Virus record (IMG/VR): IMGVR_UViG_3300048878_000408
Coordinates: 1-50,196 of that record
DNA: 50,196 nt
Origin: a virus
Lineage: Duplodnaviria; Caudoviricetes
Direction: 5' to 3' (one strand)
The translations under genes were made by a program, and so were the position numbers. A model generated the notes under the pieces. The model had not been told where the DNA came from. It searched no databases and was given only the letters and a program-made list of their open reading frames with translations. Each line of letters begins with the position of its first letter. Within the stretch, counting starts at the first letter, position 1. This document shows, one piece after another, positions 1-8,758 of this stretch.

Positions 1-738
1 ATGATAGATGTCTATTGGTCGCAATATTATTGCGATGGAGAGACGGGGGGTACACATCTTTTGTCAGAACCCCCAGAACTTGTGGCAAAAGATTTGATTA
101 AGGGTAATCACATCAAAGGCGCTGGGTTTAAAATGTACTCAAAATGTAATGCGTATATTAAATTTTTCCAAAATACATATGTGATAAAATCGAATTTCGA
201 TCTGGATTTGCAGCATACTGTTGATAGTAATGGTAATGTTGGGATATCTTCAATAAATAAAACTCAAAAGTTTTTTGATGAAAAATTAAGTATTTTGTTT
301 TATGAGAAGGAACAACAATTAATACAACCTTCCATATATACTATATTCTTTTCTGAGTCCGACATAAGCATTAGCCAATCACCCGCATTTTTTCATAATA
401 ATGACTTCACAAATAACACTGTATTAGCAGTAGGGGAAATGAATATATCTAAGTGGTATAGACCCCTACAACCAGCGTTCTTTATGAAAAATGATACAGT
501 TGATATTAAAGTTGGAGATGCATTGTACTATGTAAAATTTAATACTGATGAGAAGATTAGATTTAGACATTATGATACTAACGATAAACTTAATAGATAC
601 CATCAAGAATGTACTTTTTTGAAAGAGTTTAAGAGTAATATTGGGTTGAAGAAACTATATAGTATGTTCACCAAAAGAAACTATAATAAGAAGATATTAA
701 CTGAAATTAAAAAGAATTTAACAGGAGATTTTGAATGA
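1..738 (+). CDS. Hypothetical phage protein (family related to 8742..9530)
   Basis: 245-aa ORF with KC..Y..F.NTYVIKS.FD and IKVGDALYY motifs resembling those of ORF 8742..9530; start at window edge so RBS not visible. Confidence 0.75.
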   Translation: MIDVYWSQYYCDGETGGTHLLSEPPELVAKDLIKGNHIKGAGFKMYSKCNAYIKFFQNTYVIKSNFDLDLQHTVDSNGNVGISSINKTQKFFDEKLSILFYEKEQQLIQPSIYTIFFSESDISISQSPAFFHNNDFTNNTVLAVGEMNISKWYRPLQPAFFMKNDTVDIKVGDALYYVKFNTDEKIRFRHYDTNDKLNRYHQECTFLKEFKSNIGLKKLYSMFTKRNYNKKILTEIKKNLTGDFE

Positions 739-890
739 TAACACCTAATGAAAAACACTTAGAAGATAAATACCGCAAACTTCAAATAGAACACTCTGAA
801 TTAAAGGATAAGTATGATTTATTATGTGGCAGATTAAAGAGAACCGCTAATGAATGTAGGAACGAAGAGGATAGATTATCGTGGAAATAG
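735..890 (+). CDS. Small hypothetical protein, 51 aa (MITPNEKHLEDKYRKLQ...), coiled-coil-like
   Basis: Read manually; ATGA overlap with upstream stop, AGGAGA RBS at 723-728, stop TAG 888-890. Confidence 0.65.
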   Translation: MITPNEKHLEDKYRKLQIEHSELKDKYDLLCGRLKRTANECRNEEDRLSWK

Positions 891-1051
891 ATATATTTGA
901 AATTCTAATGGGTGGAGCACTATTATGGGTAGCTTGGCTTGTAAGTATGATATGGGAGACAGAGTACGATGAAGATGCACACAGACGAACAATGCGCGAC
1001 AAAGTTAAAAGGAATAAAGATGTTGAGCGAACAACTACAACAGAGACATAA
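881..1051 (+). CDS. Small membrane protein, 56 aa (MEIDIFEILMGGALLWVAWLVSMIW...)
   Basis: Read manually; GTG start with GAGG upstream, one hydrophobic segment then charged tail. Confidence 0.6.
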   Translation: MEIDIFEILMGGALLWVAWLVSMIWETEYDEDAHRRTMRDKVKRNKDVERTTTTET

Positions 1052-1125
1052 AGGGGACATGGATAATTTCGCACTATCCGAATCAATTACTATTATGTGC
1101 GAGGAGTTATTAAGGGAATTTGATA

Positions 1126-1299
1126 ATGAGCCTAAGAGCTAAACAAAACGCAGAAGTATACGAAGAAATGATCGGTAGTGGTAAGTCACTACTAGAGCTA
1201 TACCTAGAACTTAAACAGAAGTATGCTAATATGAACAAATTACCAGCAATTCACGGGTACGACCAGCATTTTCCAACCCGCGCCGACCAAACAGAATAA
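1126..1299 (+). CDS. Small hypothetical protein, 57 aa (MSLRAKQNAEVYEEMIGSGKS...)
   Basis: Read manually; AAGGGA upstream, fills the gap on the coding strand up to the next promoter. Confidence 0.55.
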   Translation: MSLRAKQNAEVYEEMIGSGKSLLELYLELKQKYANMNKLPAIHGYDQHFPTRADQTE

Positions 1300-1329
1300 T
1301 AAACAAATGAAATACTACATACTAGCATT

Positions 1330-1371
1330 AAAAAAATAATACTTGACATTTTACCAAAATTTAAGTATAAT
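1330..1371 (+). promoter_or_regulatory. Sigma70 consensus early promoter with A-tract UP element
   Basis: TTGACA 1343-1348, 17-nt spacer, TATAAT 1366-1371. Confidence 0.9.
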
Positions 1372-1414
1372 ATACATATTAAGAAATTGAAAAACTAACG
1401 GAGAACCGCATAAG

Positions 1415-1684
1415 ATGAAAAATATACACTTCCAATACCGCAAAACACCCGAAAACCTTACAACTAGAGAAGCCATTGTGCTATCAGAACCCAGTAATAA
1501 CTACTTCACTTTAGATGTCACTAAAATTGACACTGCTGAACGTGAGAAACTAGAAGCTAGCTTAGCTATATTACAAGAGGAAATTGATACGGCATTCTCA
1601 CTTAGAGCAAAGTGGTTACGTGATAATGGATTTGGTTCCTGCTTTAGAAACTTTAACAAGGACAAAATGTCCCTTATTGTTTAG
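1415..1684 (+). CDS. Hypothetical protein
   Basis: 89-aa ORF with GGAGA upstream, directly after a promoter and before a terminator. Confidence 0.75.
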   Translation: MKNIHFQYRKTPENLTTREAIVLSEPSNNYFTLDVTKIDTAEREKLEASLAILQEEIDTAFSLRAKWLRDNGFGSCFRNFNKDKMSLIV

Positions 1685-1700
1685 CAGGTCAAAAGGAACT

Positions 1701-1725
1701 GGCCCCACCTAAAATGGGGCTTTTT
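1701..1725 (+). terminator. Rho-independent terminator
   Basis: GCCCCA-cctaaaa-TGGGGC followed by TTTTT. Confidence 0.75.
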
Positions 1726-1749
1726 AAACTCTAAATTAAAGGAATAAAA

Positions 1750-1923
1750 ATGGCAACATTAAGCGATGATTTACTACAACAGAGAGCTCAGCTGTCGCAC
1801 TTATATGAGCAGCAAGAAAGCGTTACAAATAACATTACAGGTTTAAAGCAGATTATAGCTACATTAGAGTATGCTATTCAGAAAGAACAGTCCGCAGAGG
1901 CTACTTCTTTAGAAACTGAATAA
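1750..1923 (+). CDS. Small coiled-coil hypothetical protein, 57 aa (MATLSDDLLQQRAQLSHLYEQQ...)
   Basis: Read manually; AAGGA RBS, heptad-like Leu/Ile spacing, TAA 1921-1923. Confidence 0.7.
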   Translation: MATLSDDLLQQRAQLSHLYEQQESVTNNITGLKQIIATLEYAIQKEQSAEATSLETE

Positions 1924-1943
1924 CAGCAGAGGCTAAAAACTTC

Positions 1944-1972
1944 TTGACAAACTGCTTAAAACAAAGTATAAT
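1944..1972 (+). promoter_or_regulatory. Sigma70 consensus early promoter
   Basis: TTGACA 1944-1949, 17-nt spacer, TATAAT 1967-1972. Confidence 0.9.
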
Positions 1973-2038
1973 ATACATTAGAAAATCGAAAGATTAAGTA
2001 AGATAAATTTAATTTAATAACATATAGGAACGAATAAG

Positions 2039-2395
2039 ATGGCATGGGATGACGAAAAGAAAGCATTAGCAGTATCAATGTACGAGAATGCAGAACCAAC
2101 TCCAGAGAACTCAATGGAGATTGTAAAAGACTTAGCAGATGAATTAGAGGAGTCACCAAATGGTGTACGAATGATTCTATCTAAAGCGGGTGTTTATATT
2201 AAGAAGGTGGCAGTAAGTAAGTCTGCTTCCGGAGGTACTGCTAGTAAGCGGGTATCTAAGCAGGATTGTCAAGATGAGATGACTGCGGCTATTACAGACG
2301 CTGGACAAGAGGCTGATGACGATATCATTAGTAAATTGTCTGGTAAAGCGGCTAAGTATGTTGCTGATGTAATTAACGCTATTAATAAGGGTTAA
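2039..2395 (+). CDS. D3: T5 D3-like DNA-binding protein
   Basis: AEPTPENSMEIVK..A.ELEESPNGVRMIL..AGVY.KK and RVSK...LSGKAA motifs as I recall them from T5 D3. Confidence 0.8.
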   Translation: MAWDDEKKALAVSMYENAEPTPENSMEIVKDLADELEESPNGVRMILSKAGVYIKKVAVSKSASGGTASKRVSKQDCQDEMTAAITDAGQEADDDIISKLSGKAAKYVADVINAINKG

Positions 2396-2403
2396 TTACT
2401 ACT

Positions 2404-2428
2404 AGGGGCTGTTGATTCAGTCCCTTTA
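2404..2428 (+). terminator. Probable terminator after D3
   Basis: AGGGGCTG-ttgatt-CAGTCCCT then T-rich tail. Confidence 0.6.
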
Positions 2429-2451
2429 TTATTTTCTAATAGGGAGGTTAC

Positions 2452-3087
2452 ATGGCTATAAGAGTTAAAGTTAAAGACAGCGAGAAGCTCGATGATAATA
2501 ACGTAAAGTATGTAACCGAGCTATTGGAAAGTGATAAACCAATTACTAAGAAGGAGGCGTGTGGTATTCTTAGAATATCTTATAACACTACCCGACTTGG
2601 TAATATTATTGCTGGCTACAAAGAGCGTGCAGCAACTGACTCAAGACTCCGAGCTAAAAATAGAGGAAAGTCCGCCACAGATACTGAAGTAGTGAGAGCT
2701 ATTGAAGAGTATCTTAATGGAGACTCTATTTCGGAGATTGCTAAGTTTATGTATCGTTCTAGTAGTTTCATAAAAGGAATTATTAGAAGGTTTAACGTCC
2801 CCGTTCGTTCCACCTCTAGTAGTTACTTCTCACCAGAGTTACTCCCCGATGAAGTCCTATCTAAGGACTTTAAACCCGGTGAATTAGTGTGGTCTGCCCG
2901 GTACAATAACACTGCTACAATAGATAAATTGGTTCAAACCCAAGAAGAACACGGTAATATTTACCGTATTTGGGTACATGGTAAGAATCGAAGATTTGCA
3001 AGTCAGCCGTGGTATGAACTAGGTAAACTGGAACATTTACAAAACCTAGGAGTAAAATTACATGGTCAAGGATCTTTTCCTAACTAA
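2452..3087 (+). CDS. D2: T5 D2-like protein (HTH-containing)
   Basis: TKKEAC..L, YL.GDSI.EIA...YRS, F..GELVW...Y, YRIW, YELG.L.HL..LGV motifs as recalled from T5 D2. Confidence 0.8.
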   Translation: MAIRVKVKDSEKLDDNNVKYVTELLESDKPITKKEACGILRISYNTTRLGNIIAGYKERAATDSRLRAKNRGKSATDTEVVRAIEEYLNGDSISEIAKFMYRSSSFIKGIIRRFNVPVRSTSSSYFSPELLPDEVLSKDFKPGELVWSARYNNTATIDKLVQTQEEHGNIYRIWVHGKNRRFASQPWYELGKLEHLQNLGVKLHGQGSFPN

Positions 3088-3334
3088 AATGGAGATAGCG
3101 GGAGATGCTATAATAACTTATAGAAGCCCCGTATCCAAAAAGTTAAAATATAACGTGTGTACTTTAGAGTTTGACTCTTGTGCATACATCAAAGAAAAGA
3201 ATAAGAAAAACATAAATATAAAAGACGGACATATGCTAATGTTCTGTTGGGACACAGATTCCTTCAGGCAACTAAACATAGAGTCTGTTACTAATGTCCA
3301 ACCTCTTGGTACTATACTGAGAAATCGGAAATAG
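3062..3334 (+). CDS. Hypothetical protein, WYL/Sm-like SH3 barrel
   Basis: ITY....K....CTL and FCWDTDSFRQL....V pattern; position matches T5 gene order. Confidence 0.6.
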   Translation: MVKDLFLTKMEIAGDAIITYRSPVSKKLKYNVCTLEFDSCAYIKEKNKKNINIKDGHMLMFCWDTDSFRQLNIESVTNVQPLGTILRNRK

Positions 3335-3354
3335 TACTAAGATTAGGATAATAA

Positions 3355-3654
3355 ATGACAGACGCAGAAGATGATATTTATGAGAGAATTATACTAGAAC
3401 AAGAGAATAAAGAGATACAGTGGAGGCTTGTCGTTTCTAAATTTAGAGACATTGAGTACCTCCACCTTAGAAAATACTATTTAGACTTTGAAGGAATATA
3501 TATGCCAACTAAAGAAGGCGCATGTATCCCTTTTGAGCTTAATAGCTTATCTAACTTATTTGAGGCATTAGTAGAAATACTAAGTTTAGCAGAAAGTAAG
3601 GGGTCTATAGAAACTCATTTTAAAGGACTTATAAAGGACTTATATGAACAATAA
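3355..3654 (+). CDS. PC4/p15-like ssDNA-binding protein
   Basis: VSKFRDIEYLHLRKYYLDFEG.YMPTKEG PC4 signature; upstream of ligase as in T5. Confidence 0.85.
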   Translation: MTDAEDDIYERIILEQENKEIQWRLVVSKFRDIEYLHLRKYYLDFEGIYMPTKEGACIPFELNSLSNLFEALVEILSLAESKGSIETHFKGLIKDLYEQ

Positions 3655-4579
3655 AGATTTATTGGATAAGGCATCAAAGGCTTACTATGAAGGTAAGCCT
3701 TTGTTGTCTGACGAAGAGTTTGACAGATTAGCAGAGCGAGAAGGGTATGAGCCTGTTGGCTATAACCCTGACGCTAAACGAAAACATCTGTTTCCACTAT
3801 ACTCACTTCAGAAAGTTTTTGTAGGTGAGGATAAGAACCCACTTCTAGGATTAGATATAGTTGAAACCCTTAAATTAGATGGAGCAGCTATTGCTATTCA
3901 GTATAAAGAAGGGAAGTTACATAAAGTAACTACACGTGGGGACGGTACTGCAGGTGTTGATGTTACCGATAAGTTTATATATGATAACATTATACCTTAT
4001 AGTATTAATAACTACGGTACTATACAAATAACCGGAGAGATAGTAGCTCCTAAAGAGATACCTAATGCTAGGAATTATGCGGCAGGTGCTTTAAATCTAA
4101 AAGATATTAAAGAGTTTTTAAGTAGAGACCTTACCTTTATCTCGTACAACGTTCAACCTTGCTTTAGCGAATCTTATACTAATGATATGTATTTATTAGA
4201 GGCTATAGGATTTAATACTGTAACTAAAGGAGATTGGAGTCAATTCCCCGAAGATGGTAGAGTATTCAGAGTAAACTCTAATACAGTATTTGAGGATATG
4301 GGTAATACATCACACCACCCTAGAGGGGCATACGCTCTAAAAACTAGAGAGAAGGGAGTAGTAACCACCCTACTTGATGTAATTTGGCAAACAGGAAAAT
4401 CTGGAAAGGTTACCCCTGTTGCTATATTAGACGAGATAATTATTGATGACGCTAAAATTTCTAGAGCTACGTTGAATAACATGGCATACATTGAAAGTTT
4501 AGACCTAGAAATAGGTTGTCAGGTTGAAGTAATTCGAGCTGGTAAGATCATCCCTTGTGTTATAGGAAGAGTTGGTTAA
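3644..4579 (+). CDS. ligA: NAD-dependent DNA ligase subunit A (adenylation + OB domains)
   Basis: YY.G.P.LSDEEFD, KLDG active site, TRGDG, RNYAAG, G.VTPVA, RATLNN, RAG.IIP. Confidence 0.95.
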   Translation: MNNKDLLDKASKAYYEGKPLLSDEEFDRLAEREGYEPVGYNPDAKRKHLFPLYSLQKVFVGEDKNPLLGLDIVETLKLDGAAIAIQYKEGKLHKVTTRGDGTAGVDVTDKFIYDNIIPYSINNYGTIQITGEIVAPKEIPNARNYAAGALNLKDIKEFLSRDLTFISYNVQPCFSESYTNDMYLLEAIGFNTVTKGDWSQFPEDGRVFRVNSNTVFEDMGNTSHHPRGAYALKTREKGVVTTLLDVIWQTGKSGKVTPVAILDEIIIDDAKISRATLNNMAYIESLDLEIGCQVEVIRAGKIIPCVIGRVG

Positions 4580-4599
4580 TACATCAAGAAAAACAACTC

Positions 4600-4628
4600 T
4601 TGACTTTTAGTTGAAAGTTAAGTATAAT
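4600..4628 (+). promoter_or_regulatory. Sigma70 promoter between the two ligase genes
   Basis: TTGACT 4600-4605, 17-nt spacer, TATAAT 4623-4628. Confidence 0.85.
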
Positions 4629-4660
4629 ATATTATATAGAAAATTGAGAAAACGAATAAG

Positions 4661-5419
4661 ATGATAAGAATAGAACCACCTACCCAATGTCCCAGTTGTG
4701 GGTCGAAGTTAGAATTAGTAAAAGACCAATTATTTTGTCGCAATCCCGATTGCGAAGCTACATCGAGTAAGAAGTTAGAACATTTTGCTAAAACACTAAA
4801 AATAAAAGGATTAGGTCCTAAGACTATCGAAAAGTTACCTCTTACCTCTATACCAGACATCTATTCGATGTCTAAAAAAGAAATAGTTGATGAAATAGGA
4901 GATAAGTTAGGAGACAAGTTGTTTAATCAGATTGAGTTAAGTAAATCAGTTGATTTGACAGTGTTACTCCCTGCTTTCTCAATATCATTAATTGGTTCCT
5001 CCGCTTCTAAAAAACTAACTAAACAGATATCTAGCATACGCGATATAACCCACGAGAGATGTTTAGAAGCAGGCTTAGGACCTAAATCTTGTACAAACTT
5101 ACTTAATTGGTATCATAATGAATTTTGTGATAACCTTGAGTATTTACCATTCTCATTTGAGTCGGAGGTACAAGAAGTAACTACTAAAAGTATCGGTAAA
5201 TCCGTCTGTATTACAGGCAAATTAAATGATTTCAAAAATAGAAACCTCGCAAAGAACTATTTAGAATCATTTGGCTTTACTGTTACAACTTCTATCACTA
5301 AAAAGACTGATTATCTTGTAGATGAAGAAGGAAGAAAATCAAGTAAGAGTGCCAAAGCAGATAGCTTAGGTATTCCAATTTTAACAATCAAAGATATTTT
5401 AAAGGATAACAAATTATGA
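4661..5419 (+). CDS. ligB: NAD-dependent DNA ligase subunit B (Zn finger, HhH, BRCT)
   Basis: PTQCPSCGS...CRNPDC, IKGLGPK, BRCT-like VCITGKL...SITKKTDYLV. Confidence 0.93.
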   Translation: MIRIEPPTQCPSCGSKLELVKDQLFCRNPDCEATSSKKLEHFAKTLKIKGLGPKTIEKLPLTSIPDIYSMSKKEIVDEIGDKLGDKLFNQIELSKSVDLTVLLPAFSISLIGSSASKKLTKQISSIRDITHERCLEAGLGPKSCTNLLNWYHNEFCDNLEYLPFSFESEVQEVTTKSIGKSVCITGKLNDFKNRNLAKNYLESFGFTVTTSITKKTDYLVDEEGRKSSKSAKADSLGIPILTIKDILKDNKL

Positions 5420-6150
5420 GTACAACTCCAAAATGGACAGACGACCGCACACGAATTCTAACAGCAATGGTAGAGAACATGGGCACAATTACACAAGACA
5501 CAGTAGCATCAGCATCAGTTGAATTAGACACTACTACTCGTTCTATTAGCTCTAAGCTACGTAAAATGGGTTACGATGTAGAATTAGCTGCATCAGCACA
5601 TAAAAAAGCATTTACAGATGAGCAAGCAGCTTCTTTATCTTCATTTGTTACAGATAACAGTGGTGCGTACACATACGCTGATATCGCAACAGCGTATGAA
5701 GGCGGTGCATTTACTGCTAAGCAAGTACAAGGTAAAATCCTTTCTATGGAATTAACTTCACACGTTAAACCAGCTGAGAAAGTAGAAGTTGCTCGTACTT
5801 ACTCTACAGACGAAGAAGCCACATTCTTAGACTTAGTTTCTAAAGAGGCTTTTGTTGAAGAAATCGCTGAAGCATTAGGTAAGTCAATTAACTCAGTTCG
5901 TGGTAAAGCATTGTCTTTCTTACGCTCTGGTGAGATTACTTCAATCCCTAAGCAAAAAGAGTCACGCGCTAAAGCTAATGTAGATGCTTTAGGTGAGTTA
6001 GGTGATATCTCTGCTATGACTGTTGAGCAAATTGCTGAGTCTATCGACAAGACTGTACGTGGTGTAAAAACTATGTTAACTCGTCGTGGTATCACATGTG
6101 CTAATCATGATGGTGCTAAAAAAGCAGCTAAGAACGCAGCAGCAGCTTAA
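5416..6150 (+). CDS. D5: T5 D5-like DNA-binding transcription regulator
   Basis: KWTD, RSISSKLRKMG, KQVQGKILSMELT, SVRGKALS, KTVRGVKTMLTRRG repeated HTH motifs; highly biased codons. Confidence 0.9.
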   Translation: MSTTPKWTDDRTRILTAMVENMGTITQDTVASASVELDTTTRSISSKLRKMGYDVELAASAHKKAFTDEQAASLSSFVTDNSGAYTYADIATAYEGGAFTAKQVQGKILSMELTSHVKPAEKVEVARTYSTDEEATFLDLVSKEAFVEEIAEALGKSINSVRGKALSFLRSGEITSIPKQKESRAKANVDALGELGDISAMTVEQIAESIDKTVRGVKTMLTRRGITCANHDGAKKAAKNAAAA

Positions 6151-6168
6151 GTAACTAAATAAGTTAAT

Positions 6169-6203
6169 AAGGGGTAACAATATTCCAATGTTACCCCTTT
6201 TTT
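6169..6203 (+). terminator. Rho-independent terminator after D5
   Basis: AAGGGGTAACA...TGTTACCCCTT followed by T tract. Confidence 0.85.
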
Positions 6204-6519
6204 GTCGCAGGAGAAACGTATCAAGATTATAGCAAAATTCCACGACGTGGACAGCTTTACAAGTGCCGAGGCAATTAGAAGAGCAAAAGACGTATTAGGT
6301 GAGTTTACAGATATCAAGGCTTATCCTAGCACAAACGATCCTTGGGATGGTATATACTTTTCCCTACAACAACTAATAACTGATGAGCAGCTAAACTTTT
6401 TATTCGATTCCGGGGCACTTTACCCCGATAAGATGAGAGAGTTTCGCTCCAACATCTTATCTAGACTAGAGCAAGAGTTGGACGAAGTTATACAGGATAA
6501 CGAACATAAGGCGAAATAA
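6202..6519 (+). CDS. Hypothetical protein (start uncertain; see findings)
   Basis: Open frame coupled by TAATG to the helicase; annotated TTG lies in the terminator U-tract. Confidence 0.65.
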   Translation: MSQEKRIKIIAKFHDVDSFTSAEAIRRAKDVLGEFTDIKAYPSTNDPWDGIYFSLQQLITDEQLNFLFDSGALYPDKMREFRSNILSRLEQELDEVIQDNEHKAK

Positions 6520-7916
6520 TGGATATTGGGGCAGTAGTTCTACACATGTTAATGGAGGAACGGAGTCTCGACGGTTGGGCAAGAGTTAAAAAAGACTTCT
6601 TCGAGGAGTCATTTAACTCCTTGTATACAGCAATGAATAAGTTCTATCAAGAGTACAACTCTATCCCTTCTTTTGAAGAGTTAGAAACTGTAACCAGAGA
6701 AATAAAAACTCAAAAAGACTTAGCTGCTATCCAACTTCTTGAAGTTCCAGATATTGAATTAGATTTAGCGATTGACGCTTTAATCGATCAATATTCACAA
6801 AATGAATCCCTAAAGTTATTAGATGACTACGTGGGGCGTATTACTTTAATGGATAGTCTTGAAGTAAAAGAAGGACTATCGGGTATAGTATTAAAATTAG
6901 ATGAGAAAACTCATACAGATGAGTCAGTATCTAATATGAGTGATCTCCTCTTATTTCAAGAGGAAGGTGTAGAAGAGCATACATGTATACCTCTAGGTAT
7001 TAATAATGACTTTGATAGCAAGGTCGGAGGAGCCTATAGAGAAGAGCTAATAATGCTCGGTGGAAAGAGAGGCTCTGGAAAATCTTTAGTAAGTGCTAAT
7101 ATGGTTGCCAATCAATATGCGATGGGTAATACAGCTATATATTTTACTATTGAGATGACTGCAATGGAAACCTTCCAGCGTATTACAAGTATGCTATCGG
7201 GGGTTTCTTATGCTAACATTCGTAAGAATAACTTAGATGCCCAAGAAATGAACGCCCTAGCTAAGACGAGGGCCGGTATGTTCCAGGGCAGTGACCTAAT
7301 ATACGAGAACTTCTTAGATAATAGAGATGCTTTATCTTTTGAGCGTAAATTAACCTCAGAGTGTGCACTAAAGAAGGATAATCAGATAATAATTGTAGAT
7401 GATAGGTCACTATCCTTAACTAGTATTGATTTACAACTGCAGAAAGCGAAAGCGCAATTCGGAGATAAATTAGGTCTAGTAGTAGTTGACTATGTTAACC
7501 AGATTGAGACAGGTATAGGCAAAGACTTATATGATTGGCAGAGTCAGATATTTGCTAGTAAGAAATTGAAAGAATTTGCTAGAAAGTACGATTTAGCCAT
7601 GATTAGCCCCTATCAGATTGATGAAGGTGGGGGTACTAGATTTGCTAAAGGACTACTAGATAGTCCAGACTCTGCTTTCTTAATTGAGCCGCATGCCAAA
7701 GAGGATGGTGCTATGACCTTTACTTCTACTAAGGTTAGGAGTGGGCCTGATATAGAGTTTACCAGTACAATGAACTGGGATACTTTGAAACTTGGACCTA
7801 CTACTAAGCAGAAACCTTCTGGTCAAAATGAGGAAGATGAAGAAACGGTATCAGTTAAAAACATAGGCAAGAAGCAGAAGACTCCTAAGAAGGAAGGGAG
7901 TGATATGCCATGGTAG
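6519..7916 (+). CDS. DnaB-like replicative helicase
   Basis: Walker A GGKRGSGKS, FTIEM, VVVDYVNQ, PYQID. Confidence 0.92.
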   Translation: MDIGAVVLHMLMEERSLDGWARVKKDFFEESFNSLYTAMNKFYQEYNSIPSFEELETVTREIKTQKDLAAIQLLEVPDIELDLAIDALIDQYSQNESLKLLDDYVGRITLMDSLEVKEGLSGIVLKLDEKTHTDESVSNMSDLLLFQEEGVEEHTCIPLGINNDFDSKVGGAYREELIMLGGKRGSGKSLVSANMVANQYAMGNTAIYFTIEMTAMETFQRITSMLSGVSYANIRKNNLDAQEMNALAKTRAGMFQGSDLIYENFLDNRDALSFERKLTSECALKKDNQIIIVDDRSLSLTSIDLQLQKAKAQFGDKLGLVVVDYVNQIETGIGKDLYDWQSQIFASKKLKEFARKYDLAMISPYQIDEGGGTRFAKGLLDSPDSAFLIEPHAKEDGAMTFTSTKVRSGPDIEFTSTMNWDTLKLGPTTKQKPSGQNEEDEETVSVKNIGKKQKTPKKEGSDMPW

Positions 7917-8758
7917 TAACAGAAATATTAGATAAACATAATATACCTTTCACTGTTAAAGGGCAAGACTATGTAGTAAGTTGCTTAAACCCTGAGCATG
8001 AGGACAACAACCCCTCTATGCATATTGACCAACAAGAAGGGGCGTTCCACTGCTTTAGTTGTGGATTTAAAGGTAATGTATTCAAGTTCTTTAACGTAGA
8101 TAAAAATTGGCAAGATGTTAGAGTATCTAAACTAAGGAATAAGATTGCAGGTATTAAAGCTGCTTCTACGGGCCTTAAACTACCTCCAGGTGCAGTGCCT
8201 TACAATAGGCACTTCAGAGATATAGATAAGAGAACTTTAGCAGAGTTCGGAGCGTTTACTCAAGATAAGGATTTCAACGGTAGAATAGTATTTCCTCTAC
8301 CAGATATTACTGGTAAGATACGTGCCTTTATTGGACGATATACCGATAGTAATGCTCATCCTAAATATATGATTAAACCTTCTGGTGCTGAACTACCGTT
8401 ATTCCCTGCAGTTGTATCTCCTATCAATGGAAGTATAATTTTAGTTGAAGGAATATTCGATGCTTTAAATCTAATAGATAAAGGGCTGAAGAATGCAGTG
8501 GCAGTACTTGGAGCTAATAACCTTCAGTTAGAGGTGCTCAAAGCACTGAAACTACAAGGAGTTCATACAATCTATACTATGTTTGATGAAGATGAGGCAG
8601 GTAGAAAAGCATCCCTAACAGCCCAAAGGTTACTAGAAGAGGAATTTATAATAAGTGAGGATACTAGACTAGAATTACCAGATGGTTTAGACCCAGGAGA
8701 CCTGTCCGCAACGGACATAAAATACATAAAGGAGAATTTATATGATGAGAAGAACTAG
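7910..8758 (+). CDS. DNA primase (CHC2 Zn finger + TOPRIM)
   Basis: CLNPEHED..PS....FHCFSCG, GRIVFP, PKY, VEGIFD, FDEDEAG. Confidence 0.93.
   Translation: MVVTEILDKHNIPFTVKGQDYVVSCLNPEHEDNNPSMHIDQQEGAFHCFSCGFKGNVFKFFNVDKNWQDVRVSKLRNKIAGIKAASTGLKLPPGAVPYNRHFRDIDKRTLAEFGAFTQDKDFNGRIVFPLPDITGKIRAFIGRYTDSNAHPKYMIKPSGAELPLFPAVVSPINGSIILVEGIFDALNLIDKGLKNAVAVLGANNLQLEVLKALKLQGVHTIYTMFDEDEAGRKASLTAQRLLEEEFIISEDTRLELPDGLDPGDLSATDIKYIKENLYDEKN

Noticed and set aside
847-1086. 79-aa minus-strand ORF
   Set aside because: Antisense to RBS-bearing small + strand ORFs in a uniformly + strand region
3644-5419. Split DNA ligase as pseudogene or novelty
   Set aside because: Two-gene NAD ligase is the established T5-like arrangement; both halves retain motifs
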